DNA of 27,795 bases. Origin: a bacterium. Its GTDB lineage: Bacteria; Patescibacteriota; Minisyncoccia; Phycocordibacterales; PALSA-1337. Where the stretch lies: contig JAUSHF010000048.1 in NCBI GenBank assembly GCA_030648705.1, positions 1 through 27,795 on the forward strand, given 5' to 3'. The first letter of the stretch is position 1; each line of letters opens with the position of its first letter. A model generated the notes under the pieces. The model saw only the letters and a list, made by a program, of their open reading frames with translations, did no database searches and had not been told where the DNA came from. Both the position numbers and the translations under genes were made by a program. Shown here piece by piece: positions 16,482 through 25,583 of the stretch.

Positions 16482-17042
16482 TTATTCGAGTTTTGACTCC
16501 GCTAAACTTTTTGCTTCTTTCATGAAAAATTCCTGCCATTCTTTATCGTCAATATTTTTTATCATATTCGGATAATCTTTTAGAATCTCTGCTTTTATAA
16601 ATTGACTACTCAACTGTAATGGATTTACATAAGTACCGAATTTTATTTGGGCATTTTTTGCTAGATCATTTACAGTCCATGTTTTTTCTTGTTGTAATAT
16701 AAAATATAAATCAATAAAATCTCTAGAACGAGGTTTTTGATAAATAGTAAATAATTTATTAACCGCTATATCTAATAGACTATCAATATACAAATCTCCA
16801 AACTTCTTTTTGGATTCTATTCTCTCAAATGGAAAATATGTGAACTCTGTTTTAATCGAACTGATAAAAGCAGGATCAAATTCTTTTTCTGAGAAAAAGT
16901 CTAAATCTTCTGAAAGACGGTGTTGCAAATAGAATTCAGCTAGTGCAGTACCACCAGTAAGATAAAAAGATTCAACCACTAATTTATCTTTGCTTAATAG
17001 TGAAAGTATATTTATTTGATTTTTAGATAGTATTGATGACAT
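16482..17042 (-). CDS. AbiEii-family nucleotidyltransferase (type IV TA toxin-like), possibly internally deleted
   Basis: GGTALA, HRLSEDLDFF, KPRSRDFIDLY. Confidence 0.8.
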   Translation of the reverse strand: MSSILSKNQINILSLLSKDKLVVESFYLTGGTALAEFYLQHRLSEDLDFFSEKEFDPAFISSIKTEFTYFPFERIESKKKFGDLYIDSLLDIAVNKLFTIYQKPRSRDFIDLYFILQQEKTWTVNDLAKNAQIKFGTYVNPLQLSSQFIKAEILKDYPNMIKNIDDKEWQEFFMKEAKSLAESKLE

Positions 17043-17058
17043 CTTTGACTTTAATTAA

Positions 17059-17253
17059 TTAGAACAAGGCAAGTGAAAGAGCCTTTCTTTTATATTCATC
17101 TATGTCTATTTTATTCCAATATTTTAGTAGATCAGTTTTTTTTATTTTTTCTGTTCCTATACCCCAGTTTACCCATTGCTCAAGTTTCCAGATAGCATAA
17201 CTTTCTGGGTCTTTTTTTAACTCTTTTGTATTGACTGACCAGTGTTTTAACAT
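17059..17253 (-). CDS. Small partner protein upstream of the AbiEii-like gene (putative antitoxin)
   Basis: Start moved to ATG 17253, 6 nt after TGcTATAAT; 64 aa, Trp-rich. Confidence 0.7.
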   Translation of the reverse strand: MLKHWSVNTKELKKDPESYAIWKLEQWVNWGIGTEKIKKTDLLKYWNKIDIDEYKRKALSLALF

Positions 17254-17306
17254 GCTACAATTATAGCATATTTTATACAAAATTTCTAGTGTTTGCGGTG
17301 ACGTTT

Positions 17307-18530
17307 TTATTCGTATCTTAAAGCCTCGATAGGATTCATATTTGACGCACGTTTAGCAGGGTAGTAGCCGAATACTATACCGATTAGAGTGGAGACGCCG
17401 AAGGCGAGCATTATGGAAGTGATGGATAGTGTGGTTTGTAAGATATTGAAATATGTCAGGGCGAATGCGACGAGCCAGCCGAGCACTATTCCGATGAAGC
17501 CACCGATGAATGTGAGCATTATGGCTTCGGTTAGGAATTGGGTGTTTATATCTCTCTTTCTGGCGCCGATGGCTTTGCGTAAACCTATCTCGCGAGTTCT
17601 CTCTGTGACTGTGGTGAGCATCATATTCATAATACCAATACCGCCGACGAGGAGGGAGATGCCGGCCACCGCGCCGAGGAGTAAAGTAAATGTGGAAGTG
17701 ACTGTGGAAGCGGTGGCCACAATATCTGCCTGATTAAATGTGCTAAAGTCGGCCGATAGGGGATCGCTGATTTTATGTCTTTTTAATAATAAATCTGTAA
17801 TGCTGGTTTGCAGATCTGTCATCACCTGATCACTCGATGCCTGTACACTAATGGTAGAAACATATGTGTCACCAGCAAGAAATTTCTGAGCGCTTGTTAA
17901 GGGTATAAAAATAGTATCGTCTTGATTACTAAATCCACTTCCACCTTTTGTCTTTGTAGTTCCTATAACTTTAAATTCTATATTTTTTATTCTAATACTT
18001 TGACCTATTGCGTCTCCACCGACACCGAAAATATCATCACGAACTGTCGGACCGAGCACCGCTACTTTAGAAAGATTTTTTAAATTTTGTTCAGTGATAA
18101 AGCTACCTTCGTCTATCTCTACATTTCTAACACTTGTATATGCTGAATTTGTACCTATGACAGAAGTGTTAGTATTTTTACCTTTACTGGTGACTTGGTA
18201 TCTACCTGATAGTTCAGGAGCTACGGCTTTAACTAGAGGTAATTCAGTAGATATCGCTACAGCATCAGCTTCTGTTAGTGACTTTGCAGATCCTCTACCA
18301 GTGCTTACTTGGACGCCGGGACCTCTCTGGGCTCCGGGCATTACCAGTATCAAATTTGAGCCTATAGACTGAATGCTGGACTGTATAGAGCTTTGGGCGC
18401 CTTGTCCTATTGAGACCATTGATATCACAGAACTAATACCTATTACTATACCAAGCATGGTCAAACCAGAGCGGACTTTATTCGCTTTTAAGGCTGTATA
18501 TGTTTCGTGTAATATATCAAATATTTTCAT
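17307..18530 (-). CDS. MacB/FtsX-family ABC transporter permease
   Basis: RSGLTMLGIVIGISSVI, GGIGIMNMMLTTVTERTREIGLRKAIGA, PIEALRYE. Confidence 0.96.
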   Translation of the reverse strand: MKIFDILHETYTALKANKVRSGLTMLGIVIGISSVISMVSIGQGAQSSIQSSIQSIGSNLILVMPGAQRGPGVQVSTGRGSAKSLTEADAVAISTELPLVKAVAPELSGRYQVTSKGKNTNTSVIGTNSAYTSVRNVEIDEGSFITEQNLKNLSKVAVLGPTVRDDIFGVGGDAIGQSIRIKNIEFKVIGTTKTKGGSGFSNQDDTIFIPLTSAQKFLAGDTYVSTISVQASSDQVMTDLQTSITDLLLKRHKISDPLSADFSTFNQADIVATASTVTSTFTLLLGAVAGISLLVGGIGIMNMMLTTVTERTREIGLRKAIGARKRDINTQFLTEAIMLTFIGGFIGIVLGWLVAFALTYFNILQTTLSITSIMLAFGVSTLIGIVFGYYPAKRASNMNPIEALRYE

Positions 18531-19230
18531 GTTTTATAACTCTTCTATTATGTTTTTTAGAATCACTAACTATGAGACCGTCTCTAATGTGAATAATTCT
18601 TTCTGCATGTTCGGCTACGTCTGATTCATGTGTGATTAATACTATTGTGCGTCCTAAATCTTTATTTAATCTTTGAAAAGTTCCGAGCACAATTTCTCCA
18701 GTTTTTGAGTCTAGATTTCCTGTAGGTTCATCTGCCAGAATTATCTTAGGATTATTTACAAGTGCGCGGGCGATAGCCACTCTCTGAATTTGTCCTCCTG
18801 AAAGCTGATTTGATAAATGATAAAAATGTGATTCATCTAATCCCGAGGCGAGCAATGCTTCGCGAGCTCTTTTTTCTCTTTCCTCATTATCTATACCAGC
18901 ATAAACTAAAGGTAAAATAACATTTCGCATAACGGTGGTGCGAGGAAGGAGATTAAAGGATTGAAAAACGAAGCCTATTTTCTCATTGCGAATCTTAGCT
19001 AGCTCATCGTCTTCTAATTTTGAAACATTTTTTCCGTCGAGTGTGTATGTTCCGCTTGTGGGGGTGTCGAGTGCTCCTAATATATGCATAAGAGTAGACT
19101 TTCCTGATCCTGACGGCCCCATTATGGCTACGAATTCTCCGTCATTTATTTCGAAATTAATACCTTTCAGTGCTTGGAAGGCTGTGTCTCCACTGCTATA
19201 TGTCTTTGTAATGTTTTTTACTTCAATCAT
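18517..19230 (-). CDS. ABC transporter ATP-binding subunit (MacB/LolD-like)
   Basis: GPSGSGKST, LSGGQIQRVAIARAL, ILADEPTGNLD. Confidence 0.97.
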   Translation of the reverse strand: MIEVKNITKTYSSGDTAFQALKGINFEINDGEFVAIMGPSGSGKSTLMHILGALDTPTSGTYTLDGKNVSKLEDDELAKIRNEKIGFVFQSFNLLPRTTVMRNVILPLVYAGIDNEEREKRAREALLASGLDESHFYHLSNQLSGGQIQRVAIARALVNNPKIILADEPTGNLDSKTGEIVLGTFQRLNKDLGRTIVLITHESDVAEHAERIIHIRDGLIVSDSKKHNRRVIKHENI

Positions 19231-19275
19231 TATATTTTTCTTTTTCTTATCATTCCTGATATTTTGATGATTTAT

Positions 19276-21009
19276 TTATCGAGGGATTCTGACACCAGTA
19301 CCTGCACCTGTACCAGTTCTACTATTTGCACCCGCAGCATTAAATATATTTGGTGCAGTAGTAGCTTTCGCTGTGCCTGCTGTAGTTTTTGTAATAACTT
19401 GATCACCTTCATTTAATCCGGAAATTATTTCGGAAAAATTATCATTTGATAATCCGATCTGCACGTCCTTTCTCGTTGGTGCTGTAGGAGAGGTGACCCC
19501 CGTTTTCATTTCAGCTGGTGTAAATTTGGTGGCTAATGTTTCTACATAGTTTTTCTGACCCATAGTTTTCACTGCGCTATTCGGCACTAAAAGCACATTC
19601 TCTCTACTATCAGTAATTATATTTGCACTAATACTCATACCTGATTTAATTCTGTCATCTGCTGTTATGAACTTTATTTTTATTCCATAAGATACCACTC
19701 CTTGTGATACCGCACCGACTCCATCTACTTCCGCTACTTCACCTTCTAATTTAAGACCATCTACAGCGTCGAAAGTTAATTCTGCTTTTTGTCCATTCTT
19801 AATTTTTACTACATCTACTTCATTTACTGATAATTCTGCTATTTTTTGTGATGTTACTAGAGTAGCTATTATAGTGCCATTTGAGGCTGGACTTAATTCG
19901 TTTACGTCTATTTTGGCGATAACACCGTCGAAAGGAGCACGGATAAAGTTATCTGCATAAGCATATTCCTTTTGCCTAAGAGTTAAAGCCTGACTTTGAA
20001 CATCTAAGGAATCTGGTCCACGTACTAGATCTGATAATGCTTGCTTCTTCTCTACTATAGTTTGATTTGCATCTGTTAAATCTGTAGCGTAATTTTCTAT
20101 AACATTTTTATTTGACTGCAGACTAGAGATCTTGGAATTAATACTATTTGTCCAATCTGCCAAATCGCTTTCGGAAGAATTTATGCTACTATCATTAGAA
20201 TTTTCACTGTCTTTTAAGTATTCTAAGGCGGTTCTAGTATCTTTTAATGCTTGGCTTATGAGATTTAAAGTGGAGTAAGAGTTTAATACTAATAATGAAA
20301 TTCTTTCACTATCTGAGGAACCTCTGATGATTGTGGCATTCTCTTTAAATAATTCATCATAAGATTTCTTTGCTAAATAATAACTTGATTCTGCTGTTTT
20401 TCTATAATTTCTAGCTTTTTCGCCACTATTTAGTATTTTATTATCAGATAAGACTCCTGTACCTAGTAAGTCATTTATTCCATTTAATACAGTCGACATA
20501 TCTGTGAATGCTGAAGATACATTACTTAATCCATTATCAATATTTTGTTTAAGGGTATTATTAAGATTTTCTTTTGAATTCTCTGCTTGTGTCACAGCGT
20601 TTTGTGCCTGGAGCAGAGATAGTTCATCTGCTGGTTTAACGAATTTTGCATAAGCTAGACGAGCACTTTCTAAAGCTATTTCTGCATCACGGGTATCCAG
20701 AGACGCTATTAATTGACCAGCTTTAACGTTGTCACCAGTTTTCACATAAATTTTTTTAATGTCACCAGAAGTTTTCGATTTAATGTCTATTTGATTATTG
20801 GTAGATACTTGCCCTGTCCCTGATATAGTAGATGAAATATTACCACTTCTGACAGATGATAATGTGTATGTAGTTACTGTGCCGGGGCTAAATAATTTAT
20901 TATATAAATAATAGCCGCCGACTATGATTACTATAAATATTACAGAAGATAATATCTTATGTGACACGACGTATGATTTTATTCTTTTTAGAAAAGTTTT
21001 TTTAGGCAT
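19276..21009 (-). CDS. Membrane fusion/adaptor protein (MacA/HlyD-like) with a long helical insert
   Basis: N-terminal anchor, SGDIKKIYVKTGDNVKAGQLIA, IRAPFDGVI, VPNSAV, GLNEGDQV. Confidence 0.9.
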   Translation of the reverse strand: MPKKTFLKRIKSYVVSHKILSSVIFIVIIVGGYYLYNKLFSPGTVTTYTLSSVRSGNISSTISGTGQVSTNNQIDIKSKTSGDIKKIYVKTGDNVKAGQLIASLDTRDAEIALESARLAYAKFVKPADELSLLQAQNAVTQAENSKENLNNTLKQNIDNGLSNVSSAFTDMSTVLNGINDLLGTGVLSDNKILNSGEKARNYRKTAESSYYLAKKSYDELFKENATIIRGSSDSERISLLVLNSYSTLNLISQALKDTRTALEYLKDSENSNDSSINSSESDLADWTNSINSKISSLQSNKNVIENYATDLTDANQTIVEKKQALSDLVRGPDSLDVQSQALTLRQKEYAYADNFIRAPFDGVIAKIDVNELSPASNGTIIATLVTSQKIAELSVNEVDVVKIKNGQKAELTFDAVDGLKLEGEVAEVDGVGAVSQGVVSYGIKIKFITADDRIKSGMSISANIITDSRENVLLVPNSAVKTMGQKNYVETLATKFTPAEMKTGVTSPTAPTRKDVQIGLSNDNFSEIISGLNEGDQVITKTTAGTAKATTAPNIFNAAGANSRTGTGAGTGVRIPR

Positions 21010-21082
21010 TTTTTATTATTATATACAATTATTTATTAACTACTTATGTTATGATTATACATTATAAACCTTATAAAGAATT

Positions 21083-21646
21083 ATGATAAATCAAAATAGG
21101 CATACCAGCAGTCATCTGAGAAGGGATATCTTAATTTTTCTGCTCAGTGTGCTCATCGCTGTATTATTATTGCAGTTGGGAGTTTTCTCTCGTTTTCTGG
21201 ATTTATTCGGTGGTTCTAAAGAATTAGCCTCGTTCGTTTCGGGGATATTTTTTACTTCATTATTTACCACACCGATTTCTATAGCATCTCTAAGTGAATT
21301 ATCTGTTGGTGCAAATCCACTAACGATATCTTTATTTGCCGCTATGGGTGCAGTGATAGGAGATTTGATCATATTTTTATTTATCCGCGATGTAGTGTCT
21401 GAAGATTTAAAAAATCTGATGAGTAACGTAAATATTAAAAAAGTTAGAAATATTTTTAAATTTAGATTATTTAGATGGCTGGTCCCATTTGTAGGTGCTC
21501 TCGTAATAGCGTCACCACTTCCTGATGAATTAGGTTTGGCAATGATAGGTCTATCTAGAATGCATATTTGGATTCTAATTCCAGTGTCATTTGTTATGAA
21601 TTTTATTGGTGTTTACCTAATCTGCTTCGTGAAGGTTATTGTGTAG
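21083..21646 (+). CDS. Hypothetical multi-pass membrane protein
   Basis: About five hydrophobic segments; GAVIGD and SPLPDELG motifs, loosely DedA/VTT-like. Confidence 0.75.
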   Translation: MINQNRHTSSHLRRDILIFLLSVLIAVLLLQLGVFSRFLDLFGGSKELASFVSGIFFTSLFTTPISIASLSELSVGANPLTISLFAAMGAVIGDLIIFLFIRDVVSEDLKNLMSNVNIKKVRNIFKFRLFRWLVPFVGALVIASPLPDELGLAMIGLSRMHIWILIPVSFVMNFIGVYLICFVKVIV

Positions 21647-22121
21647 TAGTTTTTAAATTATTTAGTATCTCTCGTCCTATTTTAGTGGGTTTATATCTGC
21701 TTTCTATTTTATTATAGATTGGAATTTCATTATTTGCTCTATCCTCAATATATTCAGTAATGTTTAATAGATAGAAAAAAAGAGCGAGTAGTGCACACGC
21801 CAATACTACAAAGATCAATGGTTTTTCACCGTATCTATAAGTATTTCTTATCTTTCTAAATGCCATTCTTGCCAATAGCGCTATTAATACTGATGCAAGA
21901 GCCCATAGAGAAGGAAGTATTATTATTTCATAATCATATTTCTTAAATGTATGAAATACTATTCCAAGAGCTAGTCCAGACATTAATATTAGAAAAGAAA
22001 ATACTGTCCAGAATATAGTTTGGTATAAGGTGAAAAGCCACTTTGGTCTAGGTGATATACGATTATCTCTTATTGTCTTCAATTCACTTTCTTCGATTTT
22101 ATGATTTTGTTTTATATTCAT
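21636..22121 (-). CDS. Membrane protein coupled to the ECF sigma gene (candidate anti-sigma factor)
   Basis: Begins 2 nt after the sigma stop; basic N-terminus, about three TM helices. Confidence 0.65.
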   Translation of the reverse strand: MNIKQNHKIEESELKTIRDNRISPRPKWLFTLYQTIFWTVFSFLILMSGLALGIVFHTFKKYDYEIIILPSLWALASVLIALLARMAFRKIRNTYRYGEKPLIFVVLACALLALFFYLLNITEYIEDRANNEIPIYNKIESRYKPTKIGREILNNLKTTTQ

Positions 22122-22123
22122 AT

Positions 22124-22735
22124 TTATATGTCTTTTATATTTAAATCTTTACCTGTTTTTTTTCTAAACTCTTCCTTTGCCCTGTGAATTAGTGTGGCGA
22201 CTGTGCCGGGTGGTTTTTTAAGAATATCTGATATTTCATTATAATCTCTTTCTTCTAAAAATTTTAATATAAGAACGGTTCTGTACTCCTCCCTCATCGA
22301 ATCTAATATTTTATTGATATTTTTTCTTATATGTTTCTTATGAACTTCTTCAGACACATTAACATCATCTGCTATATCTAAGAGTGCGTCCTCATCATCT
22401 TCACTCGAATTTGATTTTTTATTCCTTTTGTTTTTTCTAATATAGTCTATTGCTTCATTGTGAGCTATTCTATATATCCAAGATGAAAAGGAAAGAGAGG
22501 AATCAAAATCATTTAGATTTTTATATGTTTTTATAAAAACATTTTGTAATAAATCCTCGACTTCATCCCCAGATAAAGAAATTATTCTACAAATATATCT
22601 AGATATCTTTGCGGAATATTTTTGCATAATCATAGAGAAATCCTCAGGATTCGACAATGCCTGAGTCACAAGTTCTGAGTCTGAAGATACGGAAGAGTTC
22701 CTCGGATCCTCTATTTGTGTGTTTTTTCCTGTCAT
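22124..22735 (-). CDS. ECF-type RNA polymerase sigma factor
   Basis: Region 2 EDLLQNVFIKTY...FSSWIYRIAHN; region 4 DYNEISDILKKPPGTVATLIHRAK. ATG 22735 lies 7 nt after TATAAT. Confidence 0.93.
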   Translation of the reverse strand: MTGKNTQIEDPRNSSVSSDSELVTQALSNPEDFSMIMQKYSAKISRYICRIISLSGDEVEDLLQNVFIKTYKNLNDFDSSLSFSSWIYRIAHNEAIDYIRKNKRNKKSNSSEDDEDALLDIADDVNVSEEVHKKHIRKNINKILDSMREEYRTVLILKFLEERDYNEISDILKKPPGTVATLIHRAKEEFRKKTGKDLNIKDI

Positions 22736-22826
22736 CAAGTTAATTATAATCCTTATTGAGCGTGATGGGTAGCTTCTGAAAGAATTATAATTAGTAGTAC
22801 GTATTAAATGTGTATGGTTCTTTCAA

Positions 22827-22866
22827 AGCAGATAGTGGGTGTTGACGTCACCCACTCGAATCTGCT
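22827..22866. repeat. Long bulged inverted repeat in the sigma/yggT intergenic region
   Basis: AGCAGAT-AGTGGGTG-ttgacgt-CACCCACT-cga-ATCTGCT. Confidence 0.7.
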
Positions 22867-22955
22867 AGTTAAATAACGTCATGGTTGCGGAGGAATCTAT
22901 AATTGTGCAAAGTTTGATGAATTATTATCAAAGTTTCTATTTAATTTTTTAAGAT

Positions 22956-22983
22956 TGTAATATTTTTCTATTTGATACGTCAT
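22956..22983 (+). promoter_or_regulatory. Putative ECF-sigma promoter
   Basis: TGTAAT-N16-CGTCAT directly before ATG 22987/22993. Confidence 0.4.
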
Positions 22984-22986
22984 CTT

Positions 22987-23349
22987 ATGTATATGGACTC
23001 ATTTAATTCACCAACAACTAAACCATTGTATCGAGGCACTCAGATTGTCTGGTATATTCTTAGTATTTTAGAAATATTATTACTATTTCGATTTCTAATG
23101 AAATTTCTCGGTGCTAATCCTGTGGCAGGATTCACTAGCTTTATCTATGGGGCTACCTATATCTTTACAGCTCCTTTCTTAAGTGTCTTTCGAATTACTT
23201 ATGTGGTCGGTAGTATTTTCGAATGGACAACTTTGCTAGCTATGCTCGTCTATTGGATAGTGGCTATAGGTATAGTAAGGTTATTACTTATTGGAAAAAC
23301 CGTCTCTATACCTGAGGCTGCAGTTAAATTAGACGAGCAGGAAAAATAA
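22987..23349 (+). CDS. YggT-family membrane protein
   Basis: LLFRFLMKFLGANP...IYGATYIFTAPF. Start uncertain (22987 or 22993). Confidence 0.8.
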   Translation: MYMDSFNSPTTKPLYRGTQIVWYILSILEILLLFRFLMKFLGANPVAGFTSFIYGATYIFTAPFLSVFRITYVVGSIFEWTTLLAMLVYWIVAIGIVRLLLIGKTVSIPEAAVKLDEQEK

Positions 23350-23375
23350 TTTATTATTAATTAATTTAAAAATGT

Positions 23376-23627
23376 ATGGGAATAATTCTATGGATTATAT
23401 TCGGTGCTTTAGTAGGATGGATAGCTTCCATCATAATGAAGACTGATGCAGAACAAGGTGCGATTTTGAATATTGTCGTCGGTATTGTCGGTGCCGTAAT
23501 CGGGGGATGGCTCATGAGCTTCTTTGGAGGGAGTGGAATAAGTGGGTTTAATTTGTATAGTTTCTTGGTGGCACTTCTAGGTGCTGTGGTACTTATATTT
23601 ATAGTCAAAGTATTACGACGCGCTTAA
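23376..23627 (+). CDS. GlsB/YeaQ/YmgE-family stress-response membrane protein
   Basis: WIIFGALVGWIAS...NIVVGIVGAVIGG...SFLVALLGAVVLI. Confidence 0.93.
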   Translation: MGIILWIIFGALVGWIASIIMKTDAEQGAILNIVVGIVGAVIGGWLMSFFGGSGISGFNLYSFLVALLGAVVLIFIVKVLRRA

Positions 23628-23655
23628 ACAGTTTCTTATAAAGTATACTTAATTT

Positions 23656-23710
23656 CAAAAAGCCCACAAAAAAAGCCTACGAGCGGGAGTTTTCTCTTGT
23701 GGGATTTTTG
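23656..23710. terminator. Imperfect inverted repeat, possible terminator
   Basis: CAAAAA-g-CCCACAA ... TTGTGGG-a-TTTTTG with a long loop. Confidence 0.35.
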
Positions 23711-23725
23711 TGTTATTATTTAATA

Positions 23726-24460
23726 ATGGTTTATTTATTTGGTTTACTAGCTATTGTTTTTACTTTTTTGGGCGGATTATTTGCTTTGAGATTTAAAGAT
23801 AAGATGCATTTAATAGTAGGCTTTAGTGCTGGTGCGGTCATAGGATTAGCTTTTTTTGATTTAATTCCTGAGTCCTTTGAGATTCTCGGACAAAATTTTG
23901 GTATATCAAATGTTTGTTTTTTTATAATTCTAGGTTTCATTATCTACATGATTCTCGACAGATTCTTCATGCCACATCAACATGGTCACGGAGAACATGA
24001 AGAAACCCTCAGCACTCATAAGAGACCTATATTTTTATCTGCTGGTAGCCTATCTCTGCATAGCTTTCTTGATGGTTTAATAATAGGGCTTTCATTCCAA
24101 GTTTCTTTTTCTATAGGTCTAGTGGTAGCGCTCGCTGTGCTTGCGCATGATTTCTCTGATGGTATAAATACAGTTAATTTTGTTTTAAAAAATGGTGGCA
24201 ATAGAAGAAGTGTTTTGAAATGGCTTACAGTGGATTCACTAGCTCCATTTCTTGGGGTGGTGGTGGGAAGCACTTTGACTTTATCTGAAAATGTTTTGGG
24301 AATTATCATATCTATATTTGCAGGTTTCTTCCTCTACATCGGGGCTTCGGAACTCTTACCTGAGAGTTACCACGATCATCCTACTTGGTGGACTACTGTA
24401 GCTACTATTTTTGGGGTTCTATTTTTGTTTGCTATTACTAAATTAGCGTCTGGTTTTTAA
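23726..24460 (+). CDS. ZIP-family (ZupT-like) metal transporter
   Basis: HSFLDG, AHDFSDG, His-rich loop PHQHGHGEH. Start moved to ATG 23726, 6 nt after TGtTATTAT. Confidence 0.92.
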   Translation: MVYLFGLLAIVFTFLGGLFALRFKDKMHLIVGFSAGAVIGLAFFDLIPESFEILGQNFGISNVCFFIILGFIIYMILDRFFMPHQHGHGEHEETLSTHKRPIFLSAGSLSLHSFLDGLIIGLSFQVSFSIGLVVALAVLAHDFSDGINTVNFVLKNGGNRRSVLKWLTVDSLAPFLGVVVGSTLTLSENVLGIIISIFAGFFLYIGASELLPESYHDHPTWWTTVATIFGVLFLFAITKLASGF

Positions 24461-24469
24461 ATTTAAAAT

Positions 24470-25489
24470 ATGAAAATAGATTACACAGCTAAATCAAAAG
24501 AGATTTTAGAGGCCTTAAAGGATTCGAAAAATATTTTTCTTCATTTCCATGTGAAGTCGGATCCTGATTCTATTGGCTCCGCCTTGGCGATGAAATTCGC
24601 TCTTGAGAGTATGGGTAAGAACGTAGATGTTATTCGTGGTGACTCTCTTATTAGCGAAGGCTTTAAATCATTTCCAGGAATAGAAAAGATATTAGATCAA
24701 AATTATATAGAGCTCGACAAGAGTAAATATGATACTTTTATTTCTTTAGATAGTTCGAGCGCCTCTATGATTACTAAAGAGTTTAAGGGTGGTTCCGTCG
24801 AATTTTTCCCAAAGGATTTAAAAGTGATAAACATAGATCATCATCCTACTAATACGAATTATGGGCAAATTAATTTTATAGACGAATATTCCCCTGCGAC
24901 AGCCCAAATAATTTTTAAGATTTTAAAAGAATGGGGAACTGAGATTACTAACAATATTGCTGTGAATTTAATGCTTGGAATTTATTCTGATACTGGAGGA
25001 TTTCAGTATTCTTTAGTTGATTCCGAAACATTTGCTATTGGAAGTATTCTCGCTGGTGTGGCCCCTGATTTTAAGAAATATATTTTCAATATGAATAATA
25101 CGAATTCAGTAGAGGAAATATATCTTGTGGGTTTAGGTCTATCTTCTATAGAATTATTTGGAAAAGGGAATATAGCTTTGGTGTCTATAAGCAAAGAGGA
25201 GTTAGATAAGAAGGGTATAAAAGATGAAAATGTATCCGCTCATAATATTATTCCTTTTTTGAGATCTGTGGTGGGATGGAATGTATCTGTAACTCTGATA
25301 GAGGGCAGAGATGGTATGGTGAAGGGAAGCATTAGAACTAGAGATGAAGATAAATGGGACGTAAGTTTAGTAGCTAAAGAATTTGGTGGAGGAGGGCATA
25401 AAGGTGCTTCAGGTTTTTATCTTAAACTACCTTTAGCTGAGGCAAAAAAGCTGGTTGTCGAAACATTAGAAAAAATCTACAGCTTTTAA
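24470..25489 (+). CDS. DHH/DHHA1 phosphoesterase (NrnA-like)
   Basis: HVKSDPDSIGS, NIDHH, DTGGF, GGGGHKGASG. Confidence 0.93.
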   Translation: MKIDYTAKSKEILEALKDSKNIFLHFHVKSDPDSIGSALAMKFALESMGKNVDVIRGDSLISEGFKSFPGIEKILDQNYIELDKSKYDTFISLDSSSASMITKEFKGGSVEFFPKDLKVINIDHHPTNTNYGQINFIDEYSPATAQIIFKILKEWGTEITNNIAVNLMLGIYSDTGGFQYSLVDSETFAIGSILAGVAPDFKKYIFNMNNTNSVEEIYLVGLGLSSIELFGKGNIALVSISKEELDKKGIKDENVSAHNIIPFLRSVVGWNVSVTLIEGRDGMVKGSIRTRDEDKWDVSLVAKEFGGGGHKGASGFYLKLPLAEAKKLVVETLEKIYSF

Positions 25490-25583
25490 TTATTATAGCC
25501 TAAATACTAGCCAAAACCTTAAAATATGATAGTATCAGACCTATATTATTAGTAACAGGTTAGTAAATTAATCATTAATTTTC

